Positions 57,240 to 64,000 of a DNA stretch of 64,000 nt are shown piece after piece. The position numbers and the translations under genes were made by a program. Each line of letters starts with the position of its first letter. Position 1 is the stretch's first letter. Origin of the DNA: an uncultured Planctomycetales bacterium (GTDB lineage Bacteria; Omnitrophota; Gorgyraeia; Zapsychrales; Zapsychraceae); the NCBI GenBank assembly GCA_964630825.1, contig CAZVZR010000006.1, forward strand, positions 911-64,910. The letters are read 5' to 3'. Below the pieces are notes generated by a model, which was given only the letters and a program-made list of their open reading frames with translations, was not told the DNA's origin and ran no database searches.

Positions 57240-58185
57240 AAAAGAACAGGTTGTTATTGCCGTAGCCATTCTAATTTTTGTATGGGCATGGGGAAAAAAA
57301 TCAAAGCCAACTGATTCTTCGGAAACAGTGAAAGTTGTTTATCCTCAAGTAGGCAATATTCGCCAGACGGTGTCAACGACGGGTACAGTTTTGCCTAAGA
57401 ACCGTTTGGAAATTAAACCTCCGGTTAACGGCCGGATTGAACAGATTTTGGTCAAGGAAGGCCAGCAGGTGAAAACCGGTGAAACAATTGCCTTGATGAG
57501 TTCAACTGAACGGGCAGCTTTATTGGATGCGGCCCGCGGCAAAGGTACGGAAACGCTCAAGTACTGGGAAGAAGTTTATAAACCTATTCCGCTTAGCGCA
57601 CCGATTGACGGCGAGGTGATCGTCGGGAAAACTCAGCCCGGGCAGACGGTGACAACTGCGGATGCGGTTATTGTTTTATCAGATCGTTTGATTGTGCGCG
57701 CGCAAGTGGATGAAACCGATATTGGTAAGATTAAAGAGGGACAAAAAGCAGCTGTTAGCCTCGATGCTTATCCGGAAACAAAAATTAATGCGGTCGTTGA
57801 TCATGTTTATTATGAGTCAAAAACCGTCAACAATGTAACTATTTATGAAGTGGATTTGATGCCAGAAAAAATTCCTCCCTTTTTCCGTTCTGGCATGAGT
57901 GCCAATGTGGAATTTATTGAAGAAAGCAAAGAAGATGTTCTTGTTTTGCCACTAAATGCTGTTAGCAAAGAAAAAGGCGAAACGTTTGTGATGGTGGAAC
58001 CTAAGGAAGGAAAAAAAGCTAAGCGCCAGCCGGTAACACTTGGCCTTGCCGATGATAAAAATGTTGAAGTCATTTCGGGAGTAAACGAGGAAGACGCGAT
58101 TATTTTAAAGTCAAAAAAATATTCTCTCCCTCACGATTCTGGCGGGTCCAATCCTTTCATGCCACAGCGAAGGAAAAAACAATAA
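57229..58185 (+). CDS. macA: MacA-type periplasmic adaptor (HlyD_D23 family)
   Basis: N-terminal TM, lipoyl and beta-barrel domains. Overlaps both the upstream and downstream genes. Confidence 0.75.
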   Translation: MKIKKEQVVIAVAILIFVWAWGKKSKPTDSSETVKVVYPQVGNIRQTVSTTGTVLPKNRLEIKPPVNGRIEQILVKEGQQVKTGETIALMSSTERAALLDAARGKGTETLKYWEEVYKPIPLSAPIDGEVIVGKTQPGQTVTTADAVIVLSDRLIVRAQVDETDIGKIKEGQKAAVSLDAYPETKINAVVDHVYYESKTVNNVTIYEVDLMPEKIPPFFRSGMSANVEFIEESKEDVLVLPLNAVSKEKGETFVMVEPKEGKKAKRQPVTLGLADDKNVEVISGVNEEDAIILKSKKYSLPHDSGGSNPFMPQRRKKQ

Positions 58186-58187
58186 GT

Positions 58188-60164
58188 ATGCTTGAGTTTA
58201 AAAATATCGCAAAATGTTACCGAACCGGCGCGGAGGAAGTTAAAGCGGTTGATCATGTTTCAGTAAAGATTCTCGCTGGTGAATTTGTTGCTATCATGGG
58301 CGCTTCCGGTTCAGGAAAATCAACCTTAATGCATATGCTGGGTCTTTTGGACAGGCCAGATTCCGGGTCATATTCTATCGCCGGTAAAGAAGTCACGGGT
58401 TTATCCGATGAACAATTAGCGGCGCTGCGCAATCGGTTAATCGGGTTTGTCTTTCAACAGTTTCATCTTTTGGGGCGCATGACAGCATTGGAAAATGCCG
58501 AACTTCCGTTAATATATGCTGGACGGCGCAATATGCAGGAAAAAGTCCATCAGGAATTGACGGCAGTGGGCTTGGCTCAGCGGACCACACACCGGCCCAA
58601 TGAGCTTTCCGGCGGGCAGCAGCAACGCGTGGCGATAGCCCGGTCGCTTGTCAATGACCCGTTTATCATTATGGCTGATGAACCGACGGGAAATCTTGAT
58701 AGCAAAAGTAAAGATGAGATTGTCGCTATTCTTAAAGGCCTGAATGCTCAAGGCAAAACAATTATCATGGTCACGCATGAACCTGAAATGGCGGCGCACG
58801 CCAGCCGTGTGATTATTATGCGCGATGGCAAAATTATTTCTGATGAAACACGTACTAAGCCTAAAATTTCCGCGCAGATGATGGATCCTCAGAAAGTTAT
58901 CGAGGAGGTTTTGACATCTTCACATAAAGCGTATGATCCCGCAAAGTTTTTAGATTCTTTTCATCAGGCGGTTTACGCGATGGTGTCGCATAAGATGCGT
59001 TCGTTTTTGTCTATTTTGGGAATTCTCATTGGCGTTGCCGCGGTGATTGCCATGTTGGCCGTCGGGCGCGGGGCACAAGAAACTATGGAGAAACAATTAG
59101 CTTCGTTGGGTTCTAATCTTTTGATGGTCAGGCCAGGCGAGGCGCGCAGGGAAGGAGTTTCTTTAGAGGCAGGAGCAGTCACCCGATTAAATTTTCAAGA
59201 TCTCAGTGCGCTTAGCCAGCTTCCTTCCGTCCGGCGGGTAAGCCCGTCGGTGAATGGCCATGTGCAAGTCGTCTACGGAAACAAAAATGCCAATACGCAA
59301 GTCGAAGGCGTTGGCGTGGAGTATGCCGAGTTGCGGGCGGCACAACCGACGGTGGGGCGGTTTTTTACCGAGGAGGAATTACGCAGCCGCGCCAAAGTCG
59401 TGATAGTGGGAACAACGGTCGTTAAGGAATTATTCGAGAATGCGGACCCGATCGGGCAAACCATTAGGATTAATTTGATAAATTTTCAGATCATCGGTGT
59501 CCTGCCATTTAAGGGAGCAAATTCCTTTCGCGACCAGGACGATACAATCGTGATGCCAGTGACAACGGCAATGTATCGATTGCTGGGCAAAGATTATGTT
59601 GACTCTATTTATGTGGAGGGGGAATCTTCACAGTCGTTAGAGCCTCTGCAGAAATCAATCAATGAAACATTGGTTAAACGCCACCGTATTAATGCTCATT
59701 CAGAAAACCAAGAGGGGGAAGCTTTTCAAATCCGTAATATGGCTGATATCAGAGCGGCGATGGAAACGACAACGAAAACCATGGGGATGCTGTTGGGCGC
59801 CATTGCCGCTATTTCACTTTTAGTCGGCGGTATCGGTATCATGAATATTATGCTGGTTTCGGTAACAGAAAGGACTAAAGAGATTGGTTTACGTAAAGCT
59901 ATCGGAGCTACCCGACGGGATATCATGATGCAATTTTTGGTAGAATCGGTTTTGATGTCCCTGATTGGTGGAATCTCAGGGATTGTTCTTGGCGTGGGTG
60001 CAGCATTTTTGATAACATTCTTTGCTGGTTGGACGATCAAAGTATCCATATCATCGATAATTTTAGCGACAACGTTTTCGCTGGGTGTGGGTATGATATT
60101 TGGTTTGTGGCCGGCCAATCAAGCCTCGCTGTTAAATCCCATTGAGGCATTAAGGTACGAATAG
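58188..60164 (+). CDS. macB: MacB-type ABC transporter (ATPase fused to FtsX-like permease)
   Basis: N-terminal ABC domain ([27 protein letters not shown]), a periplasmic domain, and 4 TM helices of the FtsX family. Confidence 0.85.
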   Translation: MLEFKNIAKCYRTGAEEVKAVDHVSVKILAGEFVAIMGASGSGKSTLMHMLGLLDRPDSGSYSIAGKEVTGLSDEQLAALRNRLIGFVFQQFHLLGRMTALENAELPLIYAGRRNMQEKVHQELTAVGLAQRTTHRPNELSGGQQQRVAIARSLVNDPFIIMADEPTGNLDSKSKDEIVAILKGLNAQGKTIIMVTHEPEMAAHASRVIIMRDGKIISDETRTKPKISAQMMDPQKVIEEVLTSSHKAYDPAKFLDSFHQAVYAMVSHKMRSFLSILGILIGVAAVIAMLAVGRGAQETMEKQLASLGSNLLMVRPGEARREGVSLEAGAVTRLNFQDLSALSQLPSVRRVSPSVNGHVQVVYGNKNANTQVEGVGVEYAELRAAQPTVGRFFTEEELRSRAKVVIVGTTVVKELFENADPIGQTIRINLINFQIIGVLPFKGANSFRDQDDTIVMPVTTAMYRLLGKDYVDSIYVEGESSQSLEPLQKSINETLVKRHRINAHSENQEGEAFQIRNMADIRAAMETTTKTMGMLLGAIAAISLLVGGIGIMNIMLVSVTERTKEIGLRKAIGATRRDIMMQFLVESVLMSLIGGISGIVLGVGAAFLITFFAGWTIKVSISSIILATTFSLGVGMIFGLWPANQASLLNPIEALRYE

Positions 60165-60169
60165 GTATT

Positions 60170-62242
60170 ATGAAGACCCGCTGGTTTGAATCCACAGTTC
60201 TCCTTTTTTTACTTATCCTCAATGTTATTTTATTTTCTCAAATTCTTCGGGAAAAACTTTTTTATCAACAAGGGGAAATGACCTGGTTAAATATTTTTTG
60301 GTCGATGGATTTAGGTTCGTCAAATCCCCAAAGCCTGCATACCGGCCTTAAAGGCGAAGACGTCTTAAAGCCATTTATGACTTCCAATGTTGATCTTTTA
60401 GGATTTCGCATGCGGCAGGTTTCTTCTTATTTTGATATGCTTTCTTTTAAGTTTTGGCAATATTGGGGAGTAAGCAGTTTTCATAATTATTCGCATATAT
60501 TATTACATGTCCTTAATGGAATACTCTTGGGATTTTTAGTGAGAAAATTAACAGGTAGTTTGGAAGCGGCGTGGTTGATTTTCGTTTTCTTTTTAAATTC
60601 GGCGATAGGGATTTCCACGTTATTGTTTCCCTTTCGCAGCGCCAAGTTGCTGGCAGTGACATTTTTTCTCCTTATCTGGCTTATGGTGGTCAATGAGAAG
60701 AGGCCATTTGCACAGAATTCTTTCTTAACGAAAACAATAGTTTTTGTATTAACTATCTTAATTTTATTTACCGATGAAACATCTTTTTTCCTTCTTCCGG
60801 TCATTATGATTTATCTTTTTCTGCGTGATGGTAAACGCGGGGTATTTAATTTAATAATGGTTAAATATGGCTTTGCGATTATTACAACGGTTATTATTTT
60901 ATTGTGCTCCGCACTTTATCTCTCCCATAAATTGAGTCCAGTCACTCCCACAGAACATTTTTCATTGTATATGGGCAATTTAAGAAAGTATTTAACCGGC
61001 ATGGCAATCTTAAAAGATACTTTTCATGCCTTGGCGGGATATTTTTTACCGAGAAGTTTCGGCTATTGGGATACATCTTTTTGGGGGGCGACAGCTTTTG
61101 TGGCCACAGGGGTGCTGTTCTATATGATCTTTCGTTTTAAAACGGATATGGGAATTCTAAAGGGATTATCTTTGGCAATAGTTTTTGTTTTCTTTCTAAA
61201 AGCTTTTTTTTTGCCGCACCCCGGTGGAATGCATGCCTATATCATGCCCGACAATACGATTTTTCCTAGCTTATTGTTTTTTGGTTATTATTATCCCTAT
61301 ATCGATACTGTTTTCTTAAGTCTTCTTTTATGTTTTGGATTAAGCGGCGTGCTGCACAAGCATAAGAAATCTTTTCTGATTTGTATGACCCTAATAACTT
61401 TTATTAATTGCTCCAATATTAAACATTTGTATGCGGGTGTGGCGGATACGGTTGCTTTTCACAATTCTGCGCTTTTTCATCCAAGGACGGCATTAACCAT
61501 TCTTTTGATTAAAGATCATTATAAGGCGGTAAAAAAAAATGGCCCTTTATATCTGTCGTTCCCCAGCGGTAATAATCCTGTTTTCATCCGTAAAATTCTT
61601 TCCCAATATCCGCAAACATTACAAGAGAAATTAGTTTTGGCTTTTCGTGATTACGCGAGCGTGATCCCGGTTATGTATTTACGCGCTATTGAAAAAGGGG
61701 ATATGATCATTTCTTTAAAGAATGCCCAACCTATTCGACCGCTTGCTTCCGATGCAGAATTGGCCAGTGCTTCGTTTTTCTTGGATGTGCCTATAAGCAA
61801 AAGGATTGATTTGCGACCTTTTAAAGAAAGGTTTGGTGTGAATATTTTTACTCCACACAAGGTAAATAATTTTCAGCAAGAAATATCCCTTGATACAGCT
61901 GATAAGGAAGTCGTTTTTTTTATTAAAGGGGCAGCCGAAGTTAACCTTGAAGCAGGGGAGAAAACAGTAAAAACGCAGCAGACGTACGGGTATTCTTATC
62001 AGGTGTTCAATTATCCTTTACCTAAAGATAAAAAAGTTTCTTTATTGAAAATTAATATTCGTTCGTTACACGAAGGGCAGCCTTTTGAATTGATTGGCCC
62101 ATTTTTGGTTCCGGACTCATTGTCTTTGGGCTTTGAAGTATTCCCAGACAGCCGGGAGAAGGGAAATAAAGACAATGGCCAGGACGACCAGAGAGAAGTT
62201 TTTCTTTACAAACGGCAGATTCCCGAAGAAATACCCGCTTAA
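60170..62242 (+). CDS. large polytopic membrane protein (hypothetical; GT-C-like layout, many TM helices plus a C-terminal soluble domain)
   Basis: At least 12 predicted TM helices. AT-rich, Phe/Leu/Ile-rich. The 3' end overlaps the convergent dedA gene by 126 nt, so the true stop or frame may differ. Confidence 0.4.
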   Translation: MKTRWFESTVLLFLLILNVILFSQILREKLFYQQGEMTWLNIFWSMDLGSSNPQSLHTGLKGEDVLKPFMTSNVDLLGFRMRQVSSYFDMLSFKFWQYWGVSSFHNYSHILLHVLNGILLGFLVRKLTGSLEAAWLIFVFFLNSAIGISTLLFPFRSAKLLAVTFFLLIWLMVVNEKRPFAQNSFLTKTIVFVLTILILFTDETSFFLLPVIMIYLFLRDGKRGVFNLIMVKYGFAIITTVIILLCSALYLSHKLSPVTPTEHFSLYMGNLRKYLTGMAILKDTFHALAGYFLPRSFGYWDTSFWGATAFVATGVLFYMIFRFKTDMGILKGLSLAIVFVFFLKAFFLPHPGGMHAYIMPDNTIFPSLLFFGYYYPYIDTVFLSLLLCFGLSGVLHKHKKSFLICMTLITFINCSNIKHLYAGVADTVAFHNSALFHPRTALTILLIKDHYKAVKKNGPLYLSFPSGNNPVFIRKILSQYPQTLQEKLVLAFRDYASVIPVMYLRAIEKGDMIISLKNAQPIRPLASDAELASASFFLDVPISKRIDLRPFKERFGVNIFTPHKVNNFQQEISLDTADKEVVFFIKGAAEVNLEAGEKTVKTQQTYGYSYQVFNYPLPKDKKVSLLKINIRSLHEGQPFELIGPFLVPDSLSLGFEVFPDSREKGNKDNGQDDQREVFLYKRQIPEEIPA

Positions 62243-62752
62243 CGTTCCCACATTGACCCACAAAATACCGCCTATCACGTTGTAACTTAAGAATCGGCCA
62301 TATTTCATGGTCCCCACACCGGCTAGAAACGGCGCGAATGTCCGGATGATTGGCACAAAGCGGGCGATGATGATTGTCTTGCCGCCGTATTTTTCATAAA
62401 ATCGTTCGGTACGCTCTAAATGTTCACGTTTGATAAAGCGGATTTTTTCGTTGCGGAAAAGTTTTGGGGATAATACATGCCCAACCCAGTAATTTACTGT
62501 GTCACCTAAAATAGCGGCGGCCGCTAAAAGAAAAATAAGCCAGCTCAAGTTTAATGTGCTGTTGGCCGCGAGAGTTCCTACCACGAACAGAAGCGAATCA
62601 CCGGGGAGAACCGGCGTAAAGACAAGCCCTGTTTCACAAAAAATAATCACAAATAAAATAAGGTACGTCCATGGCCCGTATTGGTTCACGGTTTCCACCA
62701 TGTGGTGGTCGAGGTGAAGGATAAAGTCGATAAAATGTTTGATTATGTCCAT
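62117..62752 (-). CDS. DedA-family membrane protein (SNARE-associated/TVP38 domain)
   Basis: YLILFVIIFCETGLVFTPVLPGDSLLFVVGTLAA is the DedA signature; ~211 aa. Confidence 0.8.
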   Translation of the reverse strand: MDIIKHFIDFILHLDHHMVETVNQYGPWTYLILFVIIFCETGLVFTPVLPGDSLLFVVGTLAANSTLNLSWLIFLLAAAAILGDTVNYWVGHVLSPKLFRNEKIRFIKREHLERTERFYEKYGGKTIIIARFVPIIRTFAPFLAGVGTMKYGRFLSYNVIGGILWVNVGTLSGYFFGNLPFVKKNFSLVVLAIVFISLLPAVWEYFKAQRQ

Positions 62753-62757
62753 TTGTT

Positions 62758-64000
62758 CTACGAAGGCTTGATGATAAAGCTCACGACCGCCTCGCTTAAT
62801 TTTTGCCGGCGGAGTTTGCGGACCATTATTTGCAGGTTGTTGCTTTCAATAATTTCACCGCCTTTAAAAGGCTGACCAAATTTTTTGGCGCACCAGTCGG
62901 CCAGGCGCGGTGCCGGCTCATCGGGTTTTCTGGGGGCCCAAACGGTTCCTGTTGTTTGAGCAACGACATTCATCGGTACACCGCCGCCCATGATCCAGCC
63001 GCCGCTGTAAGGATGGATGTACGTCGGTAGGCGATCATATTCATCTTCAATTTCGCCCACCAGTTCTTCAATAATATCTTCCAGGGTAACCATGCCGATT
63101 ATTCTTTGTTCCTTGGATGTTACCGTGGCAATGTGAAGTTTTTCGCTCATCATTTCTTCAAGGACTTGCGAGACGGGTGTGTCCTCGGCAAAGGTTTTAA
63201 TCGGCCGGAGGATACCGCGCAAGCTTGGTTCAGCAGGATTAAGTTTGAGAGCCGAGACAATATCTTTAAAATTGATATAGCCTTGAATCGTTTGGGAATC
63301 ATTTTCTTTGGCGCAGACCGGAAAGCGGGTATGCATATCCAGATGGGCCCGGATTAAGGCGTCGGACAAAGAGATTTCCAGAGAAAGCATGCAGACATCT
63401 GTAATAGGGAGCATAATTTCTTTGACCGGCTTTACTGACAATTGTGCGGCGGATAAAACAATCTTTTCCTGACGGGCATTGATAAGCCGTGAGGTACGGG
63501 CCATGGAGACGGCGGTATTGAGTTCATGTAGCCCGATCTGGTCTTCAAAACGATTTTTGAAATCACGTTTCGAAGCCATATGGAGCACTTTTTTTACGAT
63601 AAGTTCAAAGACGGAAATAACCGGGTAGCTGATCTGGCCAAGGATTTTCATTGCCGGTGAAAGGGTAAGGCACACCCAAAGCCTGTTGTTGAGGGCAAAC
63701 ATTTTAGGAATTAATTCGGCAAAGGTGATCGTTAATCCACTTAGCGGGATGATGAGGATAATGAGGGAAGTGATATCGGCCAAGGTTTCTGACCAGCCAA
63801 AGGTTAATTGAAGGTAAGGTGCAAGTGATTGTGAAACGCCGGCTCCGCCGGTAGCCGCGGCAATCGCCCCGGTGAGCGTCATGCCCATCTGGGTGACGGC
63901 TAAGCTTGCTTCCATGCGCTCTTTCATATAAAGAGCTTCGGCCGCGCCTTTACGCTTGTTCTGGACATGCACCGCCAGTTTGGCGTGCGAAATGGAGGCA
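62758..64000 (-). CDS. CorC/HlyC (CNNM) family transporter: DUF21 TM domain, CBS pair and CorC_HlyC domain. The 5' end lies beyond the window.
   Basis: TLEDIIEELVGEIEDEYD is the CBS-pair signature. C-terminal transporter-associated domain. The reading frame stays open to coordinate 64000, so the first TM segment is outside the window. Confidence 0.8.
   Translation of the reverse strand, partial: ASISHAKLAVHVQNKRKGAAEALYMKERMEASLAVTQMGMTLTGAIAAATGGAGVSQSLAPYLQLTFGWSETLADITSLIILIIPLSGLTITFAELIPKMFALNNRLWVCLTLSPAMKILGQISYPVISVFELIVKKVLHMASKRDFKNRFEDQIGLHELNTAVSMARTSRLINARQEKIVLSAAQLSVKPVKEIMLPITDVCMLSLEISLSDALIRAHLDMHTRFPVCAKENDSQTIQGYINFKDIVSALKLNPAEPSLRGILRPIKTFAEDTPVSQVLEEMMSEKLHIATVTSKEQRIIGMVTLEDIIEELVGEIEDEYDRLPTYIHPYSGGWIMGGGVPMNVVAQTTGTVWAPRKPDEPAPRLADWCAKKFGQPFKGGEIIESNNLQIMVRKLRRQKLSEAVVSFIIKPS

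Noticed and set aside
1-64000. CRISPR arrays, tRNA/rRNA genes, transposases/integrases, prophage or toxin-antitoxin/defence systems
   Set aside because: I looked for short regularly spaced direct repeats, T-loop GTTCGAATC-like motifs in intergenic regions, and DDE/tyrosine-recombinase or nuclease/helicase defence signatures in all ORFs. None was found.

Overview
This is a 64 kb chromosomal segment from a Gram-negative (diderm) bacterium, roughly 40-45% GC. I did not recognise CRISPR arrays, transposases, integrases or tRNA/rRNA genes. About 50 of roughly 57 genes lie on the + strand, mostly in tightly packed operons where a stop codon overlaps the next start. Reading left to right, the window holds the following.

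- **Housekeeping start (1-8090):** a partial 3' gene end, a secreted BON-domain (OsmY-like) protein, a non-heme haloperoxidase-type alpha/beta hydrolase, DUF1579-like and AHSA1-like small proteins, and a SAM methyltransferase. A convergent acyl-CoA dehydrogenase follows, with nested TGACG palindromes in its promoter. Then comes an EEP nuclease-phosphatase with cardiolipin synthase (a ybhP-clsB-like pair) and a cupin.
- **Acquired-looking cassette (8115-10671):** an AT-rich MBOAT plus SGNH-like O-acyltransferase pair, followed by a roughly 30-codon degenerate remnant of the cupin gene's 3' end.
- **Small secreted proteins, rlmA and sugar genes (10961-18946):** small secreted proteins, one carrying two Ada-like Zn-binding repeats; rlmA; a HI0933-like flavoprotein; a GH15 glucoamylase coupled to a glucose-1-dehydrogenase-like SDR; and a PhnB-like VOC protein.
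- **Exopolysaccharide locus (19075-25818):** three TPR proteins built from tandemly duplicated modules, the last ending in an outer-membrane beta-barrel (BcsC/PgaA-like). These are followed by a processive GT2 synthase with no PilZ domain, a GH8 glycanase and two tiny unknown proteins. No BcsB-like gene is present.
- **Ribosome/RNA-associated block (25963-32759):** ABC-F ATPase YbiT, an R/G-rich disordered protein, a 53-aa CxxC..CxxC zinc-ribbon gene missed by the ORF track, an RlmI-like rRNA methyltransferase lacking the PUA domain, a GT-C-like membrane protein, and ABC-F Uup.
- **ExbBD cluster (32929-40822):** a DUF1326/DUF2182 pair, then ExbB, ExbD, a 784-aa periplasmic TPR protein, and a TM/Pro-rich/VWA protein sitting where TonB would normally be. 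Small proteins and an SGNH hydrolase follow.
- **Cold-adaptation group (41154-42934):** a fatty-acid desaturase, two cold-shock-domain proteins, and infA.
- **Efflux island (43257-60164):** MarR, TolC, HlyD and an ABC-2 exporter; an RND adaptor and an RND pump with no stop codon before an in-frame NodT-family outer-membrane lipoprotein (a 1500-aa ORF); then an ECF sigma-type promoter, a His-rich secreted repeat protein, an ECF sigma factor, a zf-HC2 anti-sigma, an LTXXQ (Spy/ZraP-like) protein, and TolC-MacA-MacB.
- **Right end (60170-64000):** a large polytopic membrane protein, DedA, and a 5'-truncated CorC/HlyC (CNNM) gene.

The most interesting candidates are the BcsB-less, PilZ-less synthase locus with its modular TPR/beta-barrel export components, and the ExbBD-TPR-VWA module preceded by DUF1326/DUF2182. 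Also notable are the RND-OMF read-through fusion and the ECF-controlled metal/envelope-stress efflux operon.
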